A stretch of DNA of 64,000 bases. Source: Auanema rhodensis. Taxonomy: Eukaryota; Animalia; Nematoda. The stretch is from the NCBI GenBank assembly GCA_964057225.1, contig OZ059896.1, positions 9,238,001-9,302,000 of the forward strand. The letters are read 5' to 3'. Below the pieces are notes generated by a model that saw nothing but the letters and a program-made list of their open reading frames with translations, was not told the DNA's origin and ran no database searches. Position numbers and translations under genes: made by a program. Shown one piece after another: positions 28,601 to 42,752 of the stretch (position 1 is the stretch's first letter; every line of letters starts with the position of its first letter).

Positions 28601-31600
28601 TTATTGTCGGTCAGCTTCGCCACGCGGAGCTGCAGTTGTTAAATCCAAACCCTTATATAACTGAGCAGTTCTGTGTCCAAATTCAACTCTTCCCTCGAAT
28701 TCTTTACTGTGAGGTTTAAATCGATGAGCATTCTGATTATTGAACAAGTCCCCAAGTTTAATCACTTCTGCAAAACATTAACATAAAACAATATAATCCG
28801 TTAGCAATTCACCATTTTGTTTCCAAGATAAACGTTGTTTTTTTGACGACGGAGGAGATGTATTACCAGCACTATGAACACATGGGGTATTTGAACTTCT
28901 AGAAAACAAAAGTCAGTTAAGCAAAAAACTTAAATAAAAAATACTCATTCAAGTCGTCCAAAGAAACATCATCGCTGCTGATTTTTATTCCATCAGTTTT
29001 CGTTAAATTTTGGAAAAAATCGAAAATCTAAAAATATGTTTTGTTTTTAAAAGATATGAATCTATTACTTCGAGATGTGAACTGGAGTTATTGACAAAAT
29101 TTGACATATACATGCAAAGTTCAGATAGTGTTTCCCGAAATTGCTCCGATCTAAAATACATGTTTGTAAATTTCAAAACACAGAACATTACGGTGACAAG
29201 TTTCTCTTCGTATATGCTTTCCAGGATGGTTCTACGAGTTCCACTTCTCTTTCACGTAGATCAATCAGTTGTGTCAACATCTATAATCTATATTTTAAAA
29301 AATGCAATAAATTGTAAACGTACCTTTTTCAACTCTTGTATATCATCCGCTGAGATCGATAATTTTTGGTATAAGCTCATAATTGTTGATACTTTCTAAA
29401 AGAGAAATACATCAAAATACACGATAAAATGCTCACAGTTGTTTTTTGCATATTAAATATAATACTGCCTTCAACATCTAAAGGCCAGTAACGAGTTGAT
29501 CGACGAATATTTCTTAAAGGCTGGTAACAAGGCGGGTTATTTTCCGGGATCAAATCTTCAGGTTTTGCTGGGCGAAGCATATGGTTTTTGATAAGTTTAC
29601 AGATTTCTTCAACTCTAGGTGTAGACTGCTCGTTAATAGTATCACAATATTTCTATAATGGAAATATAAAGATATAATTATAATTCAGAAACAAACATCA
29701 ATCATGGTGCTCGATGAATATATAATTTGCTCACTGTAATTATTAATATTCTACTTCATTTAAAAATATAGCTTACTCTTCCGAATCAGAACTATCTTCG
29801 AAGTCAGAAGCTTCTTCAATAGAAGTTCTTGAAAATCCATCGTTTGCTGAATTTGCCTTACGAATAATAAATAAAATCTACAAAAACTTACAATCTCCTC
29901 CCCTGTTCAGAGGTGAACTACGCTTAGAGGTAGAATCTGTAATCAACTTTCAACTGTAAAGCAATAACAATTTATATTTTTACCAAGTTCCATTTCATCG
30001 TTTATTTCGCCCTCATTAGCTGTTTTAGCTGATTTGAATGAGAATGTTGTAGGATCAGAAGCTTCTTCGCTTTCGGAATCGCAGTCACTTTTGCACGATA
30101 TAGAGTCCGGAAGAGAAAGAACATCATCTAACTCATCAGTAGAAGGTTCATCCAGTAATGCTGTATAGCTATATTATAATATAAATTCAAACTCAACTAC
30201 CTATTTTTTCTATATCTATAGAATGGATATAGACTCGACCTGCATGTGAGACAAGTGTGTGCGATATTAGTTTTTGATTAACGTTTGGTTTGAGATCTTG
30301 TGCAGGACCTTTTCTCTATAAAATAAAAAACACTCGTTGATGCGCTTGATTGCAAGAATTAAGATTAAAAAATTGATAGATAGATCTTACAGCAACTTCA
30401 AGCATTACAGTTCTTCCATTCATCAAAAACGATGTCAAGCAAACTGATGGTCTACTATTCACAGAACATGGAGTAACAGCAAATGGAGTTCTAGTTCGAG
30501 GAAACTGTAAACATGACTATATTATAATAAATAAAATAGAGCTTGCCAAGTTCCAAGCTTGTCGAGGAGAAGGGGTTGCCCAACATAATCTAAATGTAGG
30601 GTAATACGTGCTATTAGGATCTTTAAGAAAACCAGTTTCTCCTAAAATATATAATAAATTGTCTCGAAATCATAACAAAACATGCCAACTAATCCTAATC
30701 GTTGAAGTTGCTTATGAGCTGTTTTAGAGTGTAGCAGTTCTACATCGTAATTAACCGATTGACCTTTTTGTGCTTCTTCCTAAATGAGCATCAAACAATA
30801 TAAATATTCACTAATGATACAAGATTTTTTAATTACCAAAATTAATACATACCTTCATTGGAATACCAGAGACCGTCGTAGAAACAAGATCATAAAGTTC
30901 AATGCAAGCACCATGAGCTGCAGAAATTACTACGCCGTCAGCTTCACTATTTAAAACGGTTAGAGATACAAAGGGATGAACCTTTAAAGAAATAAAAATG
31001 TACTATTATAAAAAATCATAGATACCTTTTTCATTGTATGGACCGGGAGGTCAACCTTCTTATTCTTAGGAAAAGTATTAACAATAGCCATATAAACATG
31101 GTCAATCTTGTGATATCTAAAGGAGTTTCTGATAAATGACTACTTGATTGAATGAATACCTTTCTTCGCTCAAAGCTGTCCCAACTAACTTATTTATTTC
31201 CATAATTGTTTCACCCAATAGAAGAGCAAAATTATTAAGCTCCTCCCCGCTTAAAAATACTTGATTTAATTTCTTTCAAAGACATTGTTACTTTTCAAAA
31301 GCTGTAAATAATGCAATAGATCCGACATTTTTAAACAAAGAGGATACATCCACATCTGAAGATATTTCTTCATCATCTTCCAATTGGCGTATTCTAACTT
31401 TTCTAACTAAAATGAACATCAAATGTGACATAAAATATTATATCAATACGTTTTTTCTCTAACTGTTCAGCTTTAACTCTCTTTTGAACTTGAGTTAGTT
31501 CACATAAGCCCAACAACGCTTCTTTATATCCATCCATAATGTAAGTTTGAGCTTTAGAAGCATCTGCTGATCCCACATCATATAAGTATTGTAAGAGCTA

Positions 31601-32031
31601 ATATAGATTATACATATTACTAACAACTGGCAGTTCTCCTTACATCTTTTGAACTTATTAATTCTTCTCCCCAATTCGATATATATTTCGGTTTCTCGTT
31701 CGCAATTAATATTCTAACAAGATTGGAAGAATTATGAAAAAGATCTCCCACCTAATGCGATTTGATTAAAATAACTCATCATTTCAATTAAAACTTACAA
31801 TTCTGTGAAATTCAATAGCGCATTCAACAGTCCAAGACCACAGGGACTTCTCAAGTGAACCAATTTCTTTAGTGTCATTTGTAGTGGAATCTTTCAAAGA
31901 TACTGATATTTTCTGAAACAGTATCATAATTACAATACGATTTGCAGTCTTACTTCTCCAGATCCTTGAGTCAAACGAGCTCCCTGATCTAGTATTACAA
32001 CTACCTTATGAGTACGCCCTACCTCGTTCAT
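28601..32031 (-). CDS. ints-13: Integrator subunit 13 (Asunder)
   Basis: N-terminus HKVVVILD..KSLWSWTVECAIEFHRI, internal VTPCSVNSRPSVCLTSFLMNGRTVMLE, and C-terminal KEFEGRVE..AQLY all match the INTS13/Asunder pattern. Confidence 0.9.
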
Positions 32032-32198
32032 CTTAATGAAAACCTTTTTAAATTTAAATTCCAAGAAATTAAGTAATACATAGATTCTGACAAGTTCATG
32101 AAAATTAAAGTAAATTAATAATTTATTTAGTATAATAAAACAAAATATGAAAATTATAAACAAAAATTTACACAAGGCAAACATGGTTACTTCTATTC

Positions 32199-33543
32199 TC
32201 AAACAGCCTTTTGTAGAAGATTCTCCGCAAGTTTTTGTTGGTGTTTCCAGAAATTGATTCGAACAGGATCGGATTCGATTAGTTCTTCATATAACTGAAA
32301 GAATATAAGAACAAAATTTTAATAATTTTAATAATTAAGAAAAAACCTCCTTAATACGATCGCAAGTCTCAGCAGGATCAACCTTGTTATCCAGTTTTTC
32401 GAGTAAGATGTCGCACAAGAAAGACACCTAAAATAACCAAAAGTTACCTAATCAATTGCACTTACAACTTACAAGATGAGCTGCTCTGGCTTTTTTTTCA
32501 GTTCTTTCATACAAATCTTCAACAAATTTAACAACATCCTCGTCAGATGTCAAGCCATTTTCAAGTAACAACCTAAATTGTTAAAATTCTACTTTGATAA
32601 TAATAATAATAATCATACCCTCCTAAGTAATTCCAAATACTCTCGTTATTTGGCATTTTTTCAATAAGTTGTTTGGTTAAACTAAGATTTATAAATTACT
32701 AAAAAAATATTAAATAAAACTAACTTCATTTCAACTTTCATACGACTAGCATCTCCCAATGCGTTAAAAAGGCGAAGAAGAAAATATCGATAGTTCCATG
32801 CAGAATTATTTCGGGGATCCATCAGCAAAAGTTGGAATGTGAAGTCAAGCTCCTTTTCCAAACTTGCATTGCTCATGTATGTTTTAACAACCCATTGTCT
32901 ATAAAAGTACATATAACCGGAAAAAATGTATTCTATAGTACCTGTGTTGCCAAACATGGTAATTTTTTGCTTCTTCCTGCAAAACATGAGCGGTAAAATC
33001 AAGCTCTCCTTCTACACAGCTAGGCCCCATCCACTCAGCAATTATTCTGCGATGATGCCTAAAGTATTTAAATTATAACAATCACTATTGAGGTTATTTT
33101 ACCAAACTTGGTAATTCTTGGGATTTTCAGATATGATTTCATCTAGATATTTCAGTTCTGTCTTCAAATCCACATTCATGGCCTTAATGATATCTCTTCT
33201 GTATTGCCTATAAAAATTGCTTCAGCTATTGATGGTACAACATAAACTAACCATAAAGTATAGTTAGCAGGATTAAGCTGAATACAGTCCTCGGTCAACC
33301 TGAACGTGCGAGCACTCATTTCCTTCTTCAAGAGAATAGCACGGAAGTAAGCAAATGCATCTCTGACTAAATAACATACAATGTAACATTATCCTAAAAA
33401 AACAGCTCACATTGTTCTGAAAGGGCGATCCTGACAACAATTTCTTCTTCTGTTGTAGGATAAATTGGAGTTACATCCTTCCATTCTGGGTTATCTTTGT
33501 ATAATGTTGATGAATTAATTGTATCATCATCACTGCCAGACAT
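32199..33543 (-). CDS. fnta-1: Protein farnesyltransferase/geranylgeranyltransferase-I alpha subunit
   Basis: PEWKDVTPI, FRDAFAYFRA and PPTA repeats NPANYTLWQYRR, NPKNYQVWHHRR, AKNYHVWQHR, DPRNNSAWNYR and NESIWNYL; DPVR near the C-terminus. Confidence 0.95.
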
Positions 33544-33936
33544 TTTAAAAAGAAACTAATAGTTAAACCAGTTAACAATGTATGAACAATGTTTACTAGT
33601 TCAAATTGAGCGCACTAGACGTGTATGTGAAAATAGGCAGAGGGAATGTGGACCGTATAATTTAATGCGTGGCGCATCACAGGTTGTACTTCTATTTCCA
33701 AGTTTCAAGCTTCTTACCATGAGAAAAGAAGTTTTAACACTATTCAAGAGTTATAATCATTGTAACTATTATTACAATCAGCAAAGACAGAGGATCATTC
33801 AACTCTCTCTTCAGAGATTAATTTTTACTTATATTATTTAAACTGTACTTTAGTTTCATATTTCTTACTTCCAATATGAATGTGTTAATCATCAATACAA
33901 ATAAATTTATCAAGTTTTTCAGTTATAGGACTCAAT

Positions 33937-36358
33937 ATGGACATAGCGTCACAGGTAGAAGTAGAAAATGAACTACGGTCATATGGTTTAGAAAGGCTAA
34001 GTATTGTAATATATTTGATGAAGTTTTAAAAATTAATATTTGAAGAGTCGGAAAAGATAGAAATTAATAAACAGTTAAAACTATTACAAGATAAAATTGG
34101 AGATTTGGCATTTGATAATTACCGCACTTATGTAGATGCAGGTAAAACGGCAGAAGATTGTACAGACATTGTAAGCTACATTCTGTTGAGTGAACAAGTA
34201 AACTAATTTTCAGTTTACCGAAATTAGTGAGAAGTTGAGAGGAGTTTCTGCTGAAGTTCCTAACTTGCAAAATGAAATAAAAGAGTTTTATACACGTTCT
34301 AAAGCTATAGACGATGAACTGAGAATGGTAAAAAGTGCTAGTGGAAAAAATAGCCCGCTATGGGAAATTCTTTCTTTGTCTTCGGTATGCTTACAAACAT
34401 TTTTCTTCATAACTGAAATTAATTCTTCAGCGAATGGATATCTGTATCAGATCAGGTTATTATGATGCTGCGTATTCGCTTACTAATTACGGCATGCTCA
34501 TGCAACAACATTCGATGGTTTCCAACCATTTGCTGAAGGTTTGACGAAGAAAAAGGTGGCCTAAGTAACGATTTTTTAACAGAGAGTTGCTGACCGCTTA
34601 GTTGATGCAAGATCTCTTTTATTAGAAGAATTATTTAACAAGTTCTCGGGTCCTCTTGATCTGGCGACTTCTTTACAGGTAACTTTGCTTGCCATGTTTC
34701 AGCATCTTGAACTTGATCTATATTGAATAATTTACATGATTGTAAAATTGTTGTTTAGGTTGTCAACAATGTTCGAAAAATGCCTTACTTGACTCCAACA
34801 CAACTTAGAGTTTCTATTCTTCATCATAAAGATTTGTACCTAGAGAAACAATTGATTGATATTGCCGTAAGTTTCAGTTTGCCTCATAAATGCTATGTAA
34901 TTTTTATTATACAGACTCACCCTGATTATGTTTTGATGGCGATTGATATATATAGGACTTGTATGCATGATACTTTAGTCTTATATCTTTCCGTGTTTCC
35001 CGAGAATGAATCTGTTAAGAAGGATGTATGAATTAATTTTGTTTTAATTATTAAAAAATTGTTTTAGCCTTCAATTGATCCCAGATGGGAACCTTGGCCA
35101 ACAAGCGCACCATCTTCTGTCCTAGGGCAGTGGGCTAATAGAAATATTCAACGACTACTGGATTTAGTACATAGAGCTGAAACTAGGTTTGTGTTATTCA
35201 AGTATGCTTTTAACTCATGATTTCAAGAAGTGGTGTTGATATGGCATCAATTTGGACAAAGATGATGTCTGTAGCCGCCACTTTCGGTCGGCTAGGATTA
35301 GACTTTCGACCATTAGTTATACAATCCTTGTCTGAACTTGTTTTGGAAAGATTCCGCACCGCTGTGAAACAAACAACAACTAGGTATATTGTCAAATTCC
35401 TGGATTTTTTAATTTCACTCATTTTACTATTTAATTCCCATTTAAGATTAACGAACGACGTCTCATCTGTGGTTGTTATGCCCGGAGATATTGCGCCCCT
35501 TAATACTGGCGAAAACAAGGGTAATTAAAATTGAATATCTTATCAATGAGTTATTAACATTTAGATGGAATACCATTACCATCACCTGATATATCTTTAT
35601 GGGATGATTTATGTGTCTATGGAAATGGTATTCTTGAAGCTTTAAATGGAATGCGATATTCTCATTCGTCATTGCTGGTACAAATAGAACAATGTGTTGT
35701 ATCTTATTTTTTTAATTTTAGATTTCCTCTGTAGTTTCAATTCTAAAGGAGTCACTCAAATTAGTTCTCTCATGGTTATCTGGTTTCTATGGTTCTCCAA
35801 ATTTTTCCAAAGCTAACAAGATATTTTGTATATCGTTCGCACCATTCCTATCACAAACGGTTCAATATTTGTTTCCGTATTCAGTTGTTTCTCGCATGTT
35901 TGGATCATCTTTTACATTGAAGCAATACGTACGTAATTATCCTAATTAATCAGTACTACATTGTTTTTTTTTCAGAATTCCTTTACAAGTTTTGATATTC
36001 GAGAATTGGCTGCATCTTGCGATGGATCCGAAAAAATTGAAGAAGCATTAGCTGAAATTTTTGCTAATCAGAAGGTTATTAAATGTCAAAATGTTCAATA
36101 ATTCAAATATTTTCTTTAGACTGCAATGCTGGATGTTGATGTGGGAATAAAACATGTAGAACAAGAAGAAACAAATGACATTAAGACAGATGAAATTAAA
36201 GAAATTGTCATAGAATCTAATATTGAAAAAGTAAGTAAAATTATGTTGAATAATAATATTTTAATATTTTTTCTTAGTCTGAAGGCGATAAAATACTGAA
36301 TGAAACAGATGAAACAGCTCTAAGTCCGACGATTGAACATAAGACCAAAGAAGACTAA
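33937..36358 (+). CDS. cogc-8: Conserved oligomeric Golgi complex subunit 8 (Dor1 family)
   Basis: IGDLAFDNYRTY, LWEILSL..RMDICIRSGYYD, LDLATSLQVVNNVRKM and TFGRLGLDFRPL match COG8. Acidic tail; stop at 36356-36358. Confidence 0.92.
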
Positions 36359-37442
36359 ACTATACTGTATAGCTATTTATTTATCTTAATATAATTTTCG
36401 ATGATATTATTGTATAAAAAAAACTTTTAAAAATTTTTTTACTTTAATCATATTTATCATTTACTAATATTTTTTTTGTATATTGTACTACATAAATATG
36501 GGTAGTGATTTATGCAATTTTGTATAAATGGTATGTGGTTTTTGTGATAAGGATATTTACTTTTCTCCAATAAAGAGAAATCTGTTTAATTTATTTTCAT
36601 ACAGCGTATTCTCTCTATGTTTCAATTCTTACGGGCTAGTGTAGTGAATGTTACTCCTTTATTAACCAACCGGTTTCCCTTATTCGGACATTTCATTTGG
36701 CCTTTACTAAGCCTCTATTTTCCAATTTTATTTTTCGAAAAAAAAAGAAGATTTTTTTAGAAATATTGATGTGAAAGAAAAACGTATTAAGTTTTGGTTT
36801 TTTTGATTTTACTAACAGTTGTATATAGATAACCATGTAAGGTAGCACCCAGTTCTTTGAATGTTCTCTTTATTGAACGTACTCTCTCTGGAATTGTTAA
36901 TAAAAGTTGCATGACCCACCTGTTGACTGTGATGATGATGATGGTCAGATCGTAAATCTGTAAAATCATACAATATAACTAACAAACATATTCACACTTT
37001 CTATTATTATTCTCTAACAATTGAATGTATCATCCTTGGAATTTTCAAAGAATTTCTATATAATAGTGATGAATTGATACTGATGAAAAAATCTTCTGAA
37101 TTTCCAGTACAAATCTCATAAATCGTTTTTATTTTATTTCTAGACATGACACTACTACAAAGACTTGTGCTAATAGCCAATATTCTATCTATTTAATTGT
37201 CGTTATTTCATTTAGACGGTTAAATTAGTTGAATACCATTCTTCATTAGAATGATGATATATCCTTTATAGAAAAAAGTTGACTTTTTTCAATGTAACTA
37301 CCCAAGACACTTCTTTGTGTTCTGAATGCAGTTCAATATTTACTTTTCTGGCGACCTACCGGTATATATGAGATTGTCAATCCTCTTCATTCACCTATGA
37401 GAGTGTTATATTTTCGAATTTATAGCATTATATATGTATATC

Positions 37443-37445
<3 letters not shown>

Positions 37446-37516
<71 letters not shown>
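37446..37516. repeat. (TA)n microsatellite, about 35 units
   Basis: Directly visible. Confidence 0.97.
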
Positions 37517-37522
<6 letters not shown>

Positions 37523-38944
37523 GTATATATATTCAAGTGCAAAATAGTACAGATAAATCATAGTTCCTTCAAACATTTCTCATTCTAATTTATATTGATG
37601 AAATAGTAAAATTATTTTTATACTTTTACTCCAAACAAATTTTTCATATTGTTTGTTAAGTGCTTCTCATCCTATTCTTGGCGTCCTTAACTTTTGAAGG
37701 AGACCTGATGCTTTCATAACAACTGCTTATATGAATGATTTTTAATATAAAAGTTTTTTTTTGTTCATTTATTAAGTTGATGTGTGTTGCCTTTCTTATT
37801 ATTGTAGTAGTGACCTTGCCAACCTTTTAATTCATGGCATCAGTTTATCTAAATATGTTTTTATTATTAGATGAATAGCAGTATTTCATAAACATTTTTC
37901 ATTTTATTTTGTTAGTGAAGCAACTGCAGTCGTTTTTCAATAATTAAAAAATATATCAAATTTATCTTATTAGTTGTAAATGTTTTTGAAATATATAGAA
38001 TAATGCTTCTTCTTATTTATTATTTGAATAATTCAGCAAAATAATTAAACAGAGATCATTATATATGCAACGAGAAATAAAACTCATGCTTATACATTCA
38101 TCTCAATTATCATCCCGCTTTGTTTCCTTCTCTACTCACATTTTCAGCAGTTAGTAACTAACTACTATTGCTCTGCGTGACATACATACATGTATGTGTT
38201 TAAGCTCATCGATATGGATGACATTGCATAGTATTCTAGGATATTTCACGTTCGGTATCCAAAGAATCAATAGAACTAATCATACATATATGTATATATA
38301 ATTTTTAAATCTTCGTTTGATGCTTTTTTTAATTCTATGAATTAATATTTGCGATATTGAATCGTATGCATCAAAATTTTAAGTATATACAATCCTTTGT
38401 TGCTCCGGCAACCAAATCTCTATCAACATTATATCGTGAAAATATAAGATAAGAAAATAAAAACACTGTTTAAGAATCAAAATGTACAAACGTTTTCTAA
38501 TTATCTTGTTTGTTTTCTTGTTTTCTGTCTCGTATTCTTATAAATTCAGTGAGCCCAGATTCTTTGATTGACTGCCGTCTACCCTAATTGAATATATTAA
38601 TACATATTGACACACCAATTTTTTTGAGATATCTTGTTTTCAAACCTAAAACTGCTTAGCTTTTTAAGTTATAAGTTATTTCTTAACTAATTCTCCTGAA
38701 AGAACATAGTCAAGTTTGAAAATATCGTTTTTGATGTCTTCAAATTGAGTGTCTCTGATTATCGTTTTCCTAATCATTATCATTTACCACCGTATCAATG
38801 AATATTCGGCATTATTTGATGTTGATTCTTCAAGTTTTATAAGTTTTTCGATAGATTCCCGAGCTTTAATCAAAGATTTTTTCCTCTATACTGACAAATC
38901 TGTTCTATGTTATTTGTCGTTTTTCTTTAAATTGTCTAATTTAG

Positions 38945-40810
38945 ATGACAATATCATATTCGGGAAATTTCTTGAGGCTTCTCTTACGATGGAAGGGATC
39001 AATATGGAGATCTATTTGGAAAGAGCTTTTTATATATACTATTTTATTTTATGCAATTCGCATGTTTTACTTATATGGTATTGACCTTATTGATGACGAT
39101 GAGGACGAAAGAAGATATTACAGGTGCTTAAACTAGCGAAAAACAAATACTTGTAGTTTTTATTATAGGGCAAAGTTTGAAGCAGTTTGTCGCAAATTTG
39201 ACAGCTACACCAAATTGATTCCATTAACATTTTTGCTAGGTTTCTATGTTTCCAATGTTGTCTCAAGGTAATTAAAAGTTTGGATATGAAGAATATATAA
39301 TAATAATGATTGTATTTAGATGGTGGCGTCAATTTGAAACACTATGCTGGCCTGAAGATATAGTATCAGTTATGTGTTCAGTTATCCATGAAAATGATGA
39401 AGATAGTCAGAAGCGTCGTCACGTAATAGCTCGATACATAAATCTGTCTGCTGCTCTGGCCTGGTATAATAGCTTATGAATATATTAGGATGAAAACTGT
39501 TTAGGAGAGATATTTCCTCGAAAATTCGCTTACGATTCCCTACCGTGAGATCACTGGTTGATTCAGGATTGCTAACAGAGAAGGAATATGATATATTGGA
39601 AAAAAATACCGTGAATATTGTTGCCATTTAAGAAATAATATGATGAAAGCTTTTACAGGAAGATTGTCAAGCTGTTAGATGGTTGACACCATTGCACTGG
39701 ATTCAACAAATTATAAAGAAAGAAGAAATTGTAAGTATTTAATTGCATCAGCTTATTGCTCTAAATATTTGTTTTATTATTTTCATGCTTTTTAGTAAAG
39801 ATTAGAGTTCATGCGGAAAAAAATCAGTTACAAATGCTAATACTGCAATTACGCTTATTAACAAATTATATATATATACTTTTATTTATTTATAACTTGA
39901 TTGCGCAGAATTCTAATACAGAGCATGTAATTCTAAGTACAAAAGAACCGAATTTAAATGATTCAGGAAAAGTGACAATGGTTTCGCATCTATGATCATG
40001 ATTTTTTGTTTTCAAATAAATATTTCAGGAAAAAAAACCGACAGCTTCTTTACTGAATAATTTTGTGACAGAACTGAAGAATTATCGTCAATCGTTGCGT
40101 AAGTTGTATGCATATGATTGGGTATGTGTTCCGCTTGTATATACTCAGGTAAACTTATGAAAGAAGAAATATATGTTTTTCTTATGTTTTCAGGTTGCTG
40201 CTCTTGCAACATATGCCTTTTTCTTCTTTGCTTTGTTTGGTCGACAAGCTCTTTTATCAGATATTGAATTAGGAAAAGAAATCGACATGATTCTGCCAAT
40301 GTTTTTGATAGTTCAATTCATGTTTTTTGTGGGTTGGTTCAAGGTATTTTTCAATTCTTAAATCATATTCAATAGTTATGGCATAATTTCGTAGATTGGG
40401 CAAGACCTAATGCGTCCGTTCGGCTTAGATGATGACGACATTGAATTAAATTATATTTTGGACAGAAATATTGCTACATCATTTGCAATTGTAAATCAGT
40501 TACAAATGTCGGAACCACGTAAGTATACCAATGACTATTACGTGCAAGAACATACTGTTTTTACATCTGTAGCTGAATTTGAAGAAGATATTTTCTGGAA
40601 AAATAGATCTGGACGAATCGAACCTCTGGCTCATACACCACTTAGCAGACGTTTAGCTGAACATAAACCAAAATTACATTCATATGTTCGAGTAGGTCAT
40701 GGTGACGATGCAGAATCTAAATCGTGTTTCGTAACTTCTCGAGATAAACGGTTAGCTTGTATTCGTATTAATTTGAAAGAAGTTTTTTTTTCAGCAACAT
40801 AGATTGGTAA
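38945..40810 (+). CDS. Bestrophin chloride channel
   Basis: [48 protein letters not shown] and [18 protein letters not shown]. The last exon gives NIDW*. Confidence 0.95.
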
Positions 40811-40920
40811 CTATTGAATCAGTTCATTTATCATTAAAATAATATACATACTTACTCTGTGATACATAATAACTTAAATCAAAGAAAACGTAATAAAATG
40901 TTTTATTTAACATTTCTTCA

Positions 40921-42405
40921 TTAATCCCAGAACAATGGTTTTTTTGTCACATATATAAACCTTCTCTTTGTAGTTGTTATTTCTACTGGTTCATCTTCAT
41001 ATTCATCGGTAAAATCTTGTTGTGTTTCGTGTCCGAATGGACGGGGGGAATCGGCCTACATTGAAATATCATAAACTTTTTTACGACTTGAGAAATCATA
41101 CCGTTTCTATTATTTCTGGTGGTTCATCATTGAATTCTTCAACAACGACTGGATTTTCTACAATAACATCTTTACCTTCTGTTGTGGTAGTAGTAGATGG
41201 AGTAGAGGTAGAAGTAGTTGAAGTTGGAATTATTAAAGCATCTGACCCAGGAGGGGCTCCTTCAGATGATGTTCTGGAAAAGAAGAGATGCATTCAACTC
41301 TTTATGGAAAAAAACCTAAAACCAGGGGAACGAATAGGTCCAATTGAGGCTTCTGGTAGAGCTTCTGCCGTCATTTCCACTTGACTTTCAACTGGAGCGA
41401 CTGGTCCAGTTGTAGTTGGGTTTGCAACTCCTGGTTTGTTGTGTTTCTATATTTATAATTTGATTTTTTTTTATTCTTCTTATATACCTTTTCACTTAAT
41501 AACTGTAGTTCTAAAGGACATGGACAGAATTTAGCGTTAGCACCTCGTTCTCCTTGGGTTCCCTTATATCCACGCTCTCCTTGCTTTCCAGGAATTCCGT
41601 CAAGCCCATTTGGTCCATTTTGTCCTAATGGTCCAGCTTGACCATATATATAATTTCGTTTTCCTCTCGGTCCTTGCAATCCTGCCCTTCCTACAGGTCC
41701 TGGTGCTCCTTTTGGTCCAGGCAACCCGGTACCACCCATCGCACCCTTTCCTGGTGAACCTGGCTCACCATTAGGTCCCGGGAAACCACTAGGTCCAGTA
41801 TCACCTTCGATTCCAATTTCACCTTTAAACGATTAGTTCAATACTATTAGGGAAAATGCTATTTTACCATCGACACCATCGCTTGCTGGCATTCCGGCAA
41901 GCCCTTTTTCTCCTGGAGAACCAGGAACTCCTCTATCACCAGGTGGTCCTATTGGACCTGTAGGTCCTGCGGGGCAAACAAAACATTTTTGTTCTTCATT
42001 TTCCAAAATATCTCTTGCATCCAAACCACGTTCTCCAAATTCACCATCAGATCCTGCTTCACCATCAGCACCCTCAGGACCTGTAGTTAACTATTAATTC
42101 AAGAAAAAAATGTTAATTTCCAACCTTGAGGCCCAGGAAGACCAGGTAAACATTGAATTGATCTCTTAGAACGTTCAATGCTTAAAAATGATGAGGATAA
42201 ATAACGATCAGATATCTTAAAATATTTTTAGTTGAGTTATAAAATTGAGTTATATAAATCATACCTTTATTGAATCAAGCGTCTTAAGAACATTATTATT
42301 TTTTATATTAATTCTTTGAAGAACCACCGGTAAAAATATTAATTGAAAAAGAATGAAAACCGTTGATAGAAAAATGGATAAATAACCGATAACATGAAAA
42401 TTCAT
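40921..42405 (-). CDS. Cuticle collagen with an extended Thr/Glu-rich C-terminal tail
   Basis: Hydrophobic N-terminus, RSKR site, CFVCPAGP, Gly-X-Y blocks and AKFCPCP. Three further spliced exons end in EITTTKRRFIYVTKKPLFWD*. Confidence 0.9.
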
Positions 42406-42752
42406 CTGAAAATATTAGAAGTAGATTTTTAAAAGAAGTATAGAATATAAAAACTGCTGCTTTCATAAAAGAAGAATAGAAGGTGTGGGACAGACTGACC
42501 TAATATCACAGTGACCCTAATTACTATGTAAGTTCCGAACCTTTCCATTTTCAACACGACATCGTTTATCACTTGATATATAGGTCTTCATTAAGCACTC
42601 AGCTTCAGTATTTTTTCATATTAAACGTTATATAATATAAGTTTTGATGTAAATCATATAATTAAATCGTTCTATTGCTTGAAGTGTATATACTATAATT
42701 CTGATCAATTTATAACATTATTATAGTAAATACATTGAAGTAAAGATCCAAA

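Noticed and set aside
37397-37588. ORF with IYIY repeats
   Set aside because: Translation of the (TA)n microsatellite.
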